Positions 1 through 12,869 are shown, counted from the first letter of the whole stretch. The stretch is DNA of 62,630 nt, filler included, from Circinaria calcarea (GCA_051942165.1; 11 parts of 11 records of this genome joined end to end with filler, not necessarily neighbours in it), one strand, 5' to 3'. Numbers and translations are program-made. The notes: generated by a model not told the origin, from the sequence alone.

Positions 1-372
1 CCAATTGAGTCATCTACACTGCGGGCACCTGGAAATATGATGCACCTTAATCCACCAGACCGGGCAGTTTGAAGCAGGAGGATCGACGTGCCACGTTCCC
101 CATGAGGTGGCGAGATAGCGTAGGTACGAGCAGCCAGGTAAGGGAAATCAAGGATTTGAATGTACGTGTGTGCGTCTTTCTGATTCACATTCGTCCAGCT
201 TTTTGTGTGTTCTCGCCAAGTCCCAGGCCTGTTGATACGCCGATGAGTTTCCACCGGATCTGCTCGGAAGATACTCGTTTTTGGTGAAGAACTGGGGTTT
301 TCGAGGCAGTGGCGGTCGATGAGGGCTCGGATTGTATGGTGAGAGGTGACGTTGTGATAAACCCTCAGATGG
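1..372 (-). CDS. Possible exon of an unidentified gene running off the window start
   Basis: About 120 open codons on the minus strand (HLRVYHNVTSHHTIRALIDRHCLENP...GGLRCIIFPGARSVDDSI) follow a candidate branch/acceptor (GCTGAT...GTTAG). No recognisable motif. Confidence 0.25.
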
Positions 373-2529
373 CTAACGTGCTCTTCTCCCCTCAATCAGC
401 AAGGATTCGGGGGTAACTAAATATAATGCCGTAAACCCGATCAATCAGATCTGACCGTTGATCCTAAGAGGCGACGCGTTGAGACTGCTGAAAAGGGGAG
501 TGAGCGAGGGGGTGAATAGACAATTTAGAACGACGGAGGTAACAAGTATGTATGCATTTGCCCCATAGAGCAACGCCCTAGAAGTAGAAGCAGTCCATCG
601 GTAGCCTTAAGGAGATGGGCCCACGACCGAGACAGGGATCAGAAGGTGCATCTTGTCTGCGCTCAACCTCGACGGCCGCCGGGGGATGAAGTGATTTGAT
701 GTGGCGGGGGGGTGGGTGAAAAAGCATGTAAAATGCTCATCTGCTCAAAACCCATTTGACATCGAGATTCGAGGAGAGGATCGAGAATTAAGGAACGTTT
801 CTCCCAAGCTGAGCACGGTTCACCGAGGCACTAGTCGAAGTAAGCAGGGCTTCAAGGACTCACTGGCGCCGAGCTAAAGACCCTGAAAATAGGCGAGAAG
901 ATCTCCACATGCGGATGATCGACTTTGGATGTTCTTTTCTTCTCTTTTTCGTTCAAGAAACGACGGCTGTGCCGGGCATGTCACTAACCGGTGTTTATAA
1001 AGCTTGAGGTGACTGATAGGAGCGATAAGCCGGTCCTACGACTTCTGCCTACTCGTGGCACTACTCATCGCTGACTCGTACCTGGCGTCGAGCATGGGAA
1101 AGCCCGAGGTTACGGGGTAAGGTCCTGTCAGCCCGAGGCATTGATTAAAGAAGGCTTCTAAGCAAGCGGGAAACCTATTTGGAGGCTATCCGATCCCCAT
1201 GCGGTGTGTCCGATGAAACCTCGTGGACAATTAGAGATCCTGTTCGCATATATGAGCCGCCCCTGCTCGCTGGGTATTCCGTACCTGTCTCATTTACTAT
1301 TGGGCATACAGCCAACCATCGGCAATCTAGGCCCATTTCTGCTTTTTGGAGGGGGGAGGGGGCAACAGATATCCCACGTGCCCACGTCTTTTTGCGACTA
1401 TGAAGCGACTTTGGACCACTCCTGTACCCTTTAATATTTCTTACCGCCGACTAGCGCCATACTTTGATGGTCCCCTACGGGTTATGTGCAGTCAGCACTC
1501 AGCTTTTCCCGAGCCGGCAGATGGATGCATCTAGGCAGTCATTCGAGGCCGATGCCACTGAAAGACGTATGAGGGGGTGCTCCGTTCCCACTACCTATAG
1601 CGCGAGTCTTGAACAAGAACCTCTATACGTTCAAGGTCTTATATGATTCGGCCAGCTGTAATGTATATGTGAGGAGTCCTCCAGTATCATATTACTCTAG
1701 GCAACGACTTCGGCTCACCCCCTTAATTTGACGGCGGTTCAATCACCCTCGACTTGGTAAATTCACTCCTACATCTTGTCTGAACATCGACACGGTTGGG
1801 TAGCGTGCTGCAGCTGCCCCTTGTATGGTCTTCCATATTGGTTTGGAAGAGGAAGATGGAGGACGGGGCCGCGCCGATGCTGCTTCAAAGGATTAGGTAC
1901 CTACATCCATCCGCTCATCTATCGAAGGAAATCGAGGGAACCCGGGGCTGCAACATGGCAAAGCACAGAAGAGGCTCCTTTAGCTCCGCCGACTGGCAAT
2001 CTCCCCAGGGCATGAGTCGCTTAAGCATCCTGCATTATAGATCGGGATTACCGCTCGTAGATGGCCTTTTCCCTTATCACACGAACTGTCATCAGGACCC
2101 GCCTGTCGGATAGTCGTAGTCCATACATTGTCACTGCCACGTTGTCGATGGACCCGGTCCATCGACATGGAACAGTGTTGATGGAAGTTCAGAGGAGGAC
2201 CCACTGCATGTTCTATCCGTCGGACCGGGCGTAAAACAACCAGTAGAAGATAAGGGTACATGTCGAAACCCTACAGGGAGCGGTTTGGAAATTTGGGAGC
2301 AAAGGTTTGAAACCTAAAATAGCTCCATGCATGCTACCTTTCGCTTCAACTCCCCACCGTCCCTTGGCATTTTTTCCCACGCTTCCGCAGACCCTGCATG
2401 AGATATCCGCTGGATCTGATCCCCCTCGACCGCGCAACGTACCATCCCGAACCCTTTCTTCGCCTAGATTATCATCGATCTCCCTCTTCCCGCCCCCGTC
2501 TCTCTCATTTGCCTCAAATCCTCCCAATC

Positions 2530-3255
2530 ATGGCCGCCGACCAAACCCGCCCGACTACCTCTACCGCCGATTTAGCGCAGGTCAGGACCCTTTCCCTTCT
2601 TTTTGTTTTTTTTTGTTTTTTTTTTTGTTTTAACTTTTTCCTTCGTCCGATCCCCCCCGTCCCCTCCTCTCGTTCCTTTTCATGCAGAGAGAAACCCCCC
2701 CCGGCTAACGCTATCTCAATTGGTCCCCCTTCCTTTAGGCCTTTCAAGATCTAGCAAAGTAAGTTTCTCATCCTACCCCAACGTTCTTCCCGCTCCTTCC
2801 CATCCTTTCCCGGCTTCCCCGTCTGAAGCTAGAGAGGCCGCGGCCGGGGGCCTAGGAGGGGGCCCGGCGAAAGGGCCATGTCGCAACGAGCTGGCTGGCT
2901 AGCTGGCTAGCTAGCCAGGTGACTGGCGAGGGGAAGGGAAGGAGAAGTATCAATCACTGCCCTGGGGCGTTTTGCCCGACCTGCGAACCTTGAACGGAAA
3001 AGCCTGAGCTTTCACCCTCGAGAGTTTTTTTTTCTCGGTTAGACTAACGTGGCCGTTTGTTTGTGGTGCCGGTTGCGTAGGGGCGAGAGGACGGCATCGG
3101 CCATGGAGCGGCAGCTGGCGAGTCTGGAGCGGAAGATTGACGACTTGTTGGCCAGTGTGGATACGGCGGAGATGATGGAGAGGAGGCCGCAGGAGGAAGC
3201 GGATGCGGATGGAGATGGAGAGGGGGGAAAGGGGAAAGGTGGTAGGGAGGGATAG
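2530..3255 (+). CDS. Small three-exon coiled-coil protein, 81 aa
   Basis: Exons 2530-2580, 2739-2758 and 3081-3255, with GT-AG introns and CTAAC branch sites. Spliced product: MAADQTRPTTSTADLAQAFQDLAKGERTASAMERQLASLERKIDDLLASVD... Confidence 0.8.
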
Positions 3256-4081
3256 ATAGAGATCGACCAATCTCAAGGGGAGCCATTAAAGCCAGTCTCA
3301 ATCCATTTGGGCTATTCATCATCATCATCATCGGGTTCTAAAGGGGGGGGGGGAGGCAACAAAGCAACGTTCTCGGAAGCTTTAAACACGTTGGGGAACC
3401 AAATTGATATATTTTATATTTCCGCCCGCGCTTTTTATATAATCACATTACCCAAATAACCACACGAAATTCCCCTCCCCCCCCTAAAAAAAAAACACCC
3501 TTCATAAAAACCTTACCATATCTTCCTCATCCTAAATAAATAGCCACAGTCCTCGCTTAATTAAAAAAATCTCGGTATAAAAAAAAATTTTTAAAAAAAA
3601 GGGGGGAAACATTGGAGCTATATATAGTATAAAAAATAAAAGCCGTTGGAATCGGAATCTTTATTACTCACCATACTCATCGAGGAGGTCCCGCGGGGGG
3701 TGGTGGGGGGGATTTGTTTTTTGAAAAAAATAAAAAATCGCGAAACAAATGATCGCGCGTTTTTAATATAGAACGGGATAAATAGCCCTACATTCGGAAT
3801 TTCCTAGTGCTGGGCACCCCCCCCCCCTAATTACATGGGATTAATTATTGTTGCGCTTATTGTAAGGCCAATTATTGAGGTTTTATACGTGGGGGGGATT
3901 TGATACTATGTATGTCCGCAGGCGAGGAGGAGGGTGGGACTTTCTAGCTCAAATGTAAAGATTTATCATCTTAACGGGGGCTTGAGATTCAAACGTCGAT
4001 GGTACCATAAGATCCCAATGTGTGTGTGGATTTAAGATTCTCTACCTCTAGTCTAATGGTGATTGGAAGCAAACCAGATCA

Positions 4082-5382
4082 CTATGGGCCCTCCGTCGGA
4101 CTCGGCGGTCTCTTGCTCTCCCCGTTCGGATTGCTGTCGGTCTCCCGTTTTCCGAATATGCTGTCCAGTCGGAATTTCCCATCCTCTCCTTTCTCGACGA
4201 CGCCCACCTCGGTGACAATTCCGTCTATCAAGGAAGCCGGAGTGACATCGAATGCAGGGTTCCACCCTCGAGTTCCATATGCCGCGGTACTGACTTCGTT
4301 GATGCTGTCGTTATCGACACGGGTCGTATTATCTTTGGAGTGGTGGACTCGAGGCCCCTTCATGACCACCATCTCCTGGGGAGAACGTTCCTCGATGACG
4401 ATATCACGGCCGCTTTTGGTGTTGATATCGATGGTTGTCCGTGGCGCTGCAATGAGGAACTTGACATTGTGATACCGAGCGAGAATCGCCAATGCATAAG
4501 TGCCAATCTTGTTTGCGGTGTCACCGTTGGCGGCAACGCGATCAGCGCCGACGACTATCGCCGCAATGTTCTCCGATAGGCTTTCCCGTTGCAGCAACGC
4601 GGCGGCCATGGAATCGGTAATCATTATGGCGGGTATACCATCGTGAATGAGTTCGTAACCTGTAAGGCGCGAACCTTGATTGTAAGGGCGTGTTTCGGTA
4701 TAGTAGGCGCACTTCAGGGCATTGCCGTCATATAGGCTTCGGACGATGCCCAAAGCAGTACCGTATCCTGCTGTGGCAAGGGATCTGTGCTCACGGCATC
4801 AGAAGCTCTGCTGAAGTAATCTTCCTCACTCATTGTGGCCTACCCAGTATTACAGTGCGTCAATACACTGATTTTCTCCCCACTGCTAGCTTTCCCTGAG
4901 TTGTCTAGTATCCAGCTCGCTCCGTGTCTCCCAATGTTCTTGTTGTCCAAAACGTCATGGATGAGCATCAACTCGGCAGCGGTAATATATGCTTCCTCCA
5001 CGCTTGATTTGGTTGAGCCGGGAGAGTTGCTAGTAGATCGTACGATATCTTCAAGCTTCTTCGCTGCATCTGCTAGGTTCACTGCAGTAGGTCTGCTCGT
5101 GATAAGATACTCTAATTTTTCAATAATCACATCTGCTGCCCTTCCTGCTTCCTCTGGGACACTACCACCAGATTCAGGCTCCTGGCGGTTGGTCAACTCA
5201 ATTGCGAGAGCCAGCGCTGCAACGATAGCGATTGCTGGCGCACCCCGCACGCGCATTTCTCTGATAGCATTCCATGCATCTTCAACGTTGGAGATCGTTT
5301 GATAGACCTCTTTATGCGGAAGCTCGAGCTGGTCAAGTATTTGAAGGGTTCCGCGAACGTAGATGATGGCTTGAAGAACCAT
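4082..5382 (-). CDS. MRI1: Methylthioribose-1-phosphate isomerase
   Basis: Motifs [35 protein letters not shown] (across intron 4785-4843), [30 protein letters not shown] and NPAFDVTP. Confidence 0.97.
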
Positions 5383-5616
5383 GTTCGAGATAATCAATCT
5401 GTAGAATAGGGTGGAGTCGCTAAAATCCTTGGGAGTTGATGGGATCTAGCACCGACACACGCCTACGGTACAAAGCAAACCCTATGTGATCCTGAGGATA
5501 GCCCAGGCATGTTATCTCCGCAGGCCATGTATGACATACTAAATTTTAACAAAGCATTTCAACCAGACATACATACCATCGTCGTAGAGCTCTTTCTACA
5601 AGATATTCAAGCCCGC

Positions 5617-5716
5617 NNNNNNNNNNNNNNNNNNNNNNNNNNNNNNNNNNNNNNNNNNNNTTAATTAATTAANNNNNNNNNNNNNNNNNNNNNNNNNNNN
5701 NNNNNNNNNNNNNNNN
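5617..5716. other. Artificial contig-joining spacer (N44-TTAATTAATTAA-N44), first of ten
   Basis: Identical 100-bp spacers lie at 5617-5716, 11330-11429, 17042-17141, 22752-22851, 28459-28558, 34163-34262, 39864-39963, 45558-45657, 51252-51351 and 56944-57043. The 12-mer gives stops in all six frames, and genes are cut at the spacers. Confidence 0.98.
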
Positions 5717-5994
5717 GGTTGGGTGAGATGGGGGGCCGGACGAAAACGGGGATGCAAAGGCGGGCCCGACAGTGTGAGGCCTATTGGTTGACGAGATGGG
5801 GTTTGAAAGGGGATAGAAGAGTGAGAGTGTAATTACTTGAACGGGAAATGAGTAAACCAAAAAAATAAAACTTCGTGCAGACTAGAATTTAAATTATATA
5901 ATACCCAGGAGTTACCAGATTCCAAGCCGAAGTCTTGCTAAAGCCTACAAAGCGCCAGTCCAGTCTAGATGGCTGTCCGTAGCCAACCTACCCT

Positions 5995-6841
5995 CTATAA
6001 TCGCTCGAGATCCCCTTCGCCGTACCCACTATATCGAAACGCGCTCTCACAGTACAAGGGTCCCAAGTATAAACAAGACGGAAATGCTACATCCCAGCTC
6101 CAGAAACTGCGACCTCGCATTTCCTCTCGTTACCGAGCTCGAGCCAGAGGCTGAAGCCCCGGTTTTGCGTTGGTACACCGTAAGCCTATATCATTCCCGG
6201 GTCAGCTTCATATCCAATCCCGACCACTTCATCTCTCCGTGACTTCCGTCCTCTTCCCTTCAAGGAGATATCCAACATACTTCAACGACCCCCCACAAAT
6301 CTCACTTTCATCGCCCATACACGGCAGCGAGCAATTCGCATCCGGCAACTTCGCCGCGTTCGAATTCAGATTTGTCGCACACCAGCACTCTCGCGAGTAC
6401 TGGAGGCCTGCGTAGTTGGCAGCACCGCAGAACGAGAGGCAGGAGTTGACAGTCGTGCTGTCGGATGCGGTCTATAAGCGTAGGTGGATCGGTTAGCGGG
6501 GATTTTAGACGGTTTAAAGGGGTAGATGGAGTTGTAGATTAGATTCGAGATCTGGGTTGGACGCGGTTGTGATGATGATGATGATGGGGTTGGAAAGGAC
6601 GAACATTATTATCCGGTAGCGCGCGAACGTTACCAGCGGCATCGACACTGGTACTCTCATTGTAGCAGCCGAGATAGGTATAGACGGCGGTGCTGGGAAC
6701 GATAGTTGGGCTAACCGTGGGGGAGGCGGGCGTCGCCCTTGTGGATGTCTGGGCAAGAGAAGGACAGATTATGAACGACAGATAAAAGAATATACTAAGG
6801 AACGAACTGGGCGAATCCCGTGGATGCCTTGACGGCCACAT
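5995..6841 (-). CDS. Secreted or surface WSC-domain protein (3 exons)
   Basis: Hydrophobic N-terminus and YLGCYNE; the spliced exon reads TTVNSCLSFCGAANYAGLQYSRECWC...CSLPCMGDESEICGGSLK|LTVY, the WSC Cys pattern; hydrophobic C-terminal tail. Confidence 0.9.
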
Positions 6842-7424
6842 TGAGTTGGGCTGGTATACAGAAAGCGATGATTACGGTTGACGTTCGAAATGTCTAGCAA
6901 CGTGGTATACAAGGTTTAGGTTTCGAACTTTCCGACATCGACCCAATCGGGGTACGGGACGGGACCTAGTCTAGACTCATTACTAGCGCGTTTACTGCCG
7001 GTTTAGGACACCCTGTGGCCTGGAGTCCAAAGAGGGTGGAGGGTCGCAGAAGTCGTCGTCGTCGGTGAGAAATAATCTGTCTCTTAGAGAGGCCCCGTAC
7101 TCACTACCTGCAGATCAAGTCTTTCAAGCAGCACTGTATGTTCAAAGACTTATAACATAAGGGACCCTCCAGGCTTTCACCACTACTTTCGGCAACGACT
7201 TCTGCTTATTCACCTCGAGTAAACAAGGTGGCGTATTGGGAGCGGTGACGACTGTTCACATGAGAGGAGAGGGGAAGTCACGTGTTTGGATTCAGAGCTC
7301 AGGAAGTAACATCTGACTTCTTGCATAGACAATTTTAGCTAGTAACGCGTTCTGACCGGACATTCACCATCGAAGATGAGAATCAATGAGGGAACATTTT
7401 GAATATTGGTGCATAAAGCCTTCA

Positions 7425-8070
7425 TTACTTTAACCCCCGGCTGATCCTCTTCATGAATATCTCGAGCGGTTCATTCTCCCAATCGAGCTCAGGCGGGGGG
7501 AAGTTTGATGTACCATTGTGCAGTCTTGTCGCCCCACCCACCATAAGTTTGTGTAATCAGTGGTATATCATTGTCCGTGGTGTCATGTCTGAGGGTGAGG
7601 GTGGTTCTTGGATTTCCGACATTGTATAGACTTTAATCGAGTATTAGGAATAGGATCTAAAAAGGCCCCCAGTACCATGATACTCACATATAGGCACCGT
7701 CGTTGTCTTCGGATCCACCAATTCTCCATCTGGCCCTTTTGTTTGTTGATGTTTTCGGCCCGAATAGTTATGTATAGGACACATTGCTTACCGCTAGTGT
7801 GCATATAACCGCCTGTAAGCACAGAGAGGATGAGGTATTCGCCATCACCGACATCAGCGATTTGCCAAAGACTCGCGTCTAATTTCACAATTGCATCCCT
7901 AAGCAAGCAAAATTAGCACCCGCCCCAAATGATTATCTGTCAGTAGGTGTAATCAGATGGAAGTTTTACCATCCGACGACATTAGTGCCATCGGCCTGAT
8001 TGGAAAGGTTGCGGCACGGTTTGGAGCATGGACACTTTGCAAGAGGTGAATGCCAGGGCCAGTGTATTGA
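7425..8070 (-). pseudogene. Ricin-B (beta-trefoil) lectin-like gene with several frameshifts
   Basis: Stitched frames give YTGPGIHLLQSVHAPNRAA / NLSNQADGTNVVGW|DAIVKLDASLWQIADVGDGEYLILSVLTGGYM / STNKRARWRIG / ILYNVGNPRTTLTL / GDKTAQWYIK, which resembles fungal R-type agglutinins. Confidence 0.6.
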
Positions 8071-8370
8071 AACAGAAACAAATAAGCAAGAATTGAGTGG
8101 ACCGAATCACTTGAAAGGAAGCAAGATGTAGACGTTGGTGGTAATATATTGAGAACTGAGGCGGGAGATAATCTCTCTATAGACATCTCCTAGGCAAGGA
8201 ATGGGTGATGTCTTTTCCTGCATCTTTAACAACAATCTGAATACCGAGTAACGTCGTACTCGCGACAGGGAACCATACCTCCTTACTCCATAACTGAGAA
8301 AGGGGGGGAAAGCTCTGATTGTTTCTCGGCGCAAATTCGTATAGATCACGTAATTGAGATTATTTCCGAC

Positions 8371-9254
8371 TCAATCAGATCTTGGTTCATACAGCCCATT
8401 TGGATATCTTTGCAAATCATGTTCTGACCACTCGTCTTCAGTTCTCCCCATAGCCTTGAATGTTGATATCAACGTTCTAGCACGTTCTAGCCGATTGCTA
8501 CATGACACGTACGGTAAAACGGGAAAAATGCAATAAACTCTGCGAGGCTTAGCTGTGTGTATGCTGACTACGCATTTAGTGCTGACCACCAGGCATCTCT
8601 ACAGCACCGCACATTATCCCATTGCCGAATCTATGTGGAGAACCGAGTGTTGTGGAGAGCCGAGCGTGGTGAAGGATGACTGCAGTACGGGGAGCACTAA
8701 AAGGGGCGCCATCCCACTTTGGGTCTATACAGATCTACCGCAGAAACGAAGATTGAGCACATTCCGAATGACCTAAGGAGGGGACATCCGGCTTCTCGGA
8801 CCTTCTTGGCGTTACATTCACCGATGCAATGCAAGAGCAAGAAACTAATTAACTGCAGAAGTTGGTGAAAGCCCCGATTTGCTATGCACTGGATGTTTGT
8901 GAGTGGAGGCTCTGGGAACTGGCAATTCGGGGCGATCATGGCTGGCACACTGCAAATTCCCAATGGCTCATTCGTGACTTTGTTTGGCATCCCTCTGAAT
9001 ATTTGCATACCAAATGCACAAATTGACATTGCATTTCCTTCGAATGAGCGACCGAATACGAATTCTTCTATCGTACAAGGGGTATCTTGCGGTAATACTC
9101 TTCCGTAATGATGTGCAGTTTTGTGGCGCTCTGCTCCACTCGATATCTGCGCTACTTCCCAAACATCCCGATCATTACTCATTGTCATCCTCTTTGATTG
9201 TGATACAGACTCCAATCTCGTACGCCACAACATGCCAAATTGAGTCAACAACAA
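8371..9254 (-). pseudogene. Hypothetical ORF fragments, possibly a degraded gene
   Basis: A 185-aa ORF and a downstream 72-aa ORF on the same strand; no recognisable motif. Confidence 0.2.
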
Positions 9255-9420
9255 GTAACCTCGCTATGCATCGCTAGGATTGCTAAAGAGAAAAACGCTG
9301 AAGAACCCTAATACGCACGGTTGGTGAAAAAAAAACTCTTTGAACCACCTCAGGTTTTTCTAAGACCGGCGGCCGATGGATCAACGTGCAACGAGGTGGG
9401 GTTAAGACTCTGCAGGCATC

Positions 9421-11329
9421 TTAGGTCGCCGGAGCAGCGAAAGCAGCACTGCCGAACTCATCTTCCTGCTTCATCGTGCCGTTTAGCAGCGGACAGAGTC
9501 TGGGTAAACACGAAAATCAGGTTAGCTCTTGTTCTTCAATGATATAGAATAAATCGGTAAATTCCAGAATTGACAAGGACAGATAAAAAGGGGTGTGAGG
9601 ATAGATTCAATGAAATGGGCATTTCAACTTTTTATTGGTCTTTATGTGTCCGACCTGACCACAGTTTGCACATTTACGTTGCGTTCCCGTGCTCTTCGTA
9701 TTGACAACAGTGGCAGGTGAGTTGGGAGAACTGGGGGTTGCAGCTGGACCTTCTAACTGGAGATTTTTTATTTTCTCACGAGCAATCCGGCGCTCTTTGT
9801 TTCTTTCGAGTCTATCAAGCTCCTTTTCGAGGCTAGAGGGTTTGGTTAGTATTGAAGGTTAACGTACAGAGCCTTTTCAACTTACCGCTGCTGGTTGCGT
9901 CGGTCTTGTTCCGCATCTCCAGTGGGCTTTACGTCTGAGAGTCTTCATAAATTAGAATAGGAAGCTTGATTATCAATCGATAGGCTTACTTGGTAATTTC
10001 TGCCTCCTTTGCATGTCGGCGCTTCATGTACTGTCGGATCACTCTCGGATCACGGATTATCTCCTGCACCAATTCAAGGTTGCCATACTTATCACGTATG
10101 TTTCGCGAAATACGAAGAACTTTGCCAGCTTGACTGTCATTACTGAACCTGCTAAGCTGGCTACAGGTTTCGTCGTCTCGACGCCGGAACGCAGCCGGTG
10201 TCTGCACCTCAGACCGTGGCGTCTCTGCACGGCCAAATAATCCGTCCGGGACCTCTGCGTCATCCTGCTCTATTTCCGTGTCAGAATGCTCAATTGTGGA
10301 AGATAGACTCCGCTTCTGCCCATCCCATATACGGCGGATGGAGTCCTCGTAGGACCTTTGCTGCTTTGCAACATTATAACTGTGCCCTCCAAGTTCTTTC
10401 AATTTCTTCGCATCTAGCTTATCTTCCACGCTCTCCCCAATCGCTTTGAAACCACCTTTCATAGACGTTTTGATGAAACTAAACGCTTCTCCTCTACCAG
10501 AAGGATCACCTTCACCATGTAGTTGCAACATAGCTTTCCCTTGGGCTGCGTGATTGAAGTTTCTGGACGTGTACCATGGGGCGAGCTGCTGCTCGATGCT
10601 TTGACCTTCCTTGCCCTCATCATCATCTGATTCATCATCCCCCTTACTGAAACCAGCGTCTTGCAGATGTTGAAGACCAACTTGCATAGACTCGAGTAGG
10701 CACACATCTTCTGGCTTTACCATGGATCTGATTGTCTCCTCATCAGGAATTGCCTCCCCAGGTCGCATTTCCCATTCTTTATGTTCTTTAGAGAATTGCA
10801 TGAACTCTTTCATCTTCTGTCGGTTCTGCATGTCCGTGGTGTCGGCGAAGTGCTCCGTAACTTCAGCAACGCTGATACGGTGACGCTTGTTCCGCTTGAT
10901 CCGACGATACGATATCATCTTCAGACGATTCTTCGCGGCTGTCGTAACCTTCCGAGAATGTGGGCCTGGCACATCTACTGAGGGAAACTCTTGCCCAACC
11001 ACATGTATGTTTTCAATGTTCCGCATATACCATGTGGAACCTTCGACCCCCGTGGTATTTCGGATTACCAAGAAGTCGGTTGGTTTTGCCTCCTGCTTGA
11101 AGACTGGAGCTCTATACATACCGTTGTGGAGTGCGGGTGTGATCTGACCAGGATCGATGTGTCCAAAAATAGAAAATGGGCTTTTGTCCTCCGGTAGCAA
11201 GACCGTCGTTTCTCCAATGTCAAGTTTCGGACGTTGGGTGTCTTCCAAGTTTTTTCGCCGATAATAGTTGATGAGACGGCTACCCATGCCAAAGTTTGAC
11301 ATCATCGCCGGATACTCTTCCGAGTATTC
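9421..11329 (-). CDS. TAF1: Transcription initiation factor TFIID subunit 1 (3' part, 5'-truncated by contig end)
   Basis: NFGMGSRLINYYR, APWYTSRNF and LHGEGDPSGRGEAFSFIK; downstream exons encode the zinc knuckle RKCANCGQVGHIKTNKK|LCPL; stop at 9421. Confidence 0.95.
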
Positions 11330-11430
11330 NNNNNNNNNNNNNNNNNNNNNNNNNNNNNNNNNNNNNNNNNNNNTTAATTAATTAANNNNNNNNNNNNNNN
11401 NNNNNNNNNNNNNNNNNNNNNNNNNNNNNG

Positions 11431-11634
11431 GTTAAACGCCAGTGCCGTGATATCGGCTGCAGGTGCCAGCGGGTGCCCCAGGGCCAGTACTGCGGCGCGT
11501 GCAGAAACCGCAACGGGTATATCGTTATTCGTGGGCGGGTAAACAATCACGTCTACGAGTGCAACCCGCAAGGAGGCTGCTGTTCATATGGGTTTGCGCG
11601 CGACTGCGGTAGATCGGGTCAGCGATGCGGTTGA
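11431..11634 (+). CDS. Small cationic cysteine-rich secreted peptide (3' part, 5'-truncated)
   Basis: Open frame VKR|QCRDIGCRCQRVPQGQYCGACRNRNGYIVIRGRVNNHVYECNPQGGCCSYGFARDCGRSGQRCG* with 10 Cys after a KR site, ending TGA TAG TAG. Absent from the ORF track. Confidence 0.8.
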   Translation, partial: VKRQCRDIGCRCQRVPQGQYCGACRNRNGYIVIRGRVNNHVYECNPQGGCCSYGFARDCGRSGQRCG

Positions 11635-12189
11635 TAGTAGCGCCGCGGCGAGACTTTCTTCTTGGGCGAGGGTCAGGAGGAAGCCGAAAAGCGGAGGGGC
11701 TCATAGAATGGATAGCTTGAGCCCTTGACTTCTGTTCCGAATGCGAAGTTGATGGAATTTATCTGATTTACCGGGGGGACAAAATGAACATTCCTTCCAT
11801 GTGGGGTTCTCTTTGTCAATTACATGTCAGCCTCGCACCAACTAGCTCCTATCATTTCTGTTATAATTAATTACTGATATTACTGGTAACGCACTTGAGA
11901 CGGGTCCTATTGAGATTTTGGCTCTAACAGGATTTAAGGCACTGCAATAGTTGTCAACCGTATTTACATTGCTAATTATAGAGCTCCGTTACTTAGGGGT
12001 AGAAAGGCCGCTAACGCCATTTTATCCTTGAAGCTTTCCTATGTGGAGCACAAAGCATGGAGCATGGATTCCTCCCACGTCATACCTTCCAATCTCCATC
12101 TCGGAACCCAATACATATCAAACCTTCTCCTCGAAATCAGAACACAATCCCCCTACTCAACCTGTCGCGCCCAAAACAAAGGAACAAAA

Positions 12190-12308
12190 ACATACAACAG
12201 CTGGGATTCGCTGGTGGTCACCCACTCAACTACTAATCAGCCGACCTCAAGCTTATGTATGGCAGAGCGGACGGGATGCCCAGTTCCCTTGAGTCTGTGA
12301 TCGTATGT
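12190..12308 (-). rRNA. 5S rRNA gene (dispersed copy, 119 nt)
   Basis: Minus strand reads ACATACGATC...CCCGTCCGCTC...TTAGTAGTTGAGTGGGTGACCACCAGCGAATCCCAGCTGTTGTATGT followed by an oligo-T terminator; helices I and II pair. Confidence 0.97.
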
Positions 12309-12700
12309 GATGTATAACTGTCTTGGAGAATTATGTGAACCACAATATGTGGATTGTATCATTTGCAAGGTAGGGTTTACTAGACGGCCTTTTCGAACTG
12401 GATTTCCAACGGGGAGTTATGTGGGATAAAATGAGTTTCTACGATGTTCTTTTTATATTCTGAATAATAGGGAGGTTCGTCAATTATACATACGAGGGGT
12501 TGTGCGCTGCCTCTTTTCTTAGGGGTATCATCAGTACCAAAGGTGTACCTCAAATCGCAATCAGATGATGAGCTTTGTAGTGAGAGTGGCCCACACGGTG
12601 ACACTTTCAGGTTCAGCGACATAGTTTCAGGCCACTTGCTGAGCAGGATCACACCAGGCTAAATTTCTTTATCCTCATAAGGACATTGACGCGAGGTAGC

Positions 12701-12869
12701 TGTCAGAAATCAAGCACGCTAAGCCAGGGCTCTAACAGGGCCCTGCCAGCCATCCATGCTTAGTGTGGCAGACAGGGGAGTCGCGCTAGCGACTCCGGTG
12801 TATATAATGAGGCCTTCGGCCTCCCTCTACATAGCTAGCAATCAAGCGTTCAACCACATAACTTTGACA
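12701..12869 (+). mobile_element. Solo LTR (169 bp) with 5-bp TSD GTAGC
   Basis: TGTCA...TGACA termini, GTAGC on both flanks, internal TATATA; homologous to 14058-14178. Confidence 0.88.

Noticed and set aside
3340..3900. Homopolymer-rich AT tract as a structural element
   Set aside because: Low-complexity sequence between convergent genes with no defined repeat unit.
12190..12308. Starship insertion into 5S rDNA
   Set aside because: The 5S gene is intact and no tyrosine recombinase gene is nearby.
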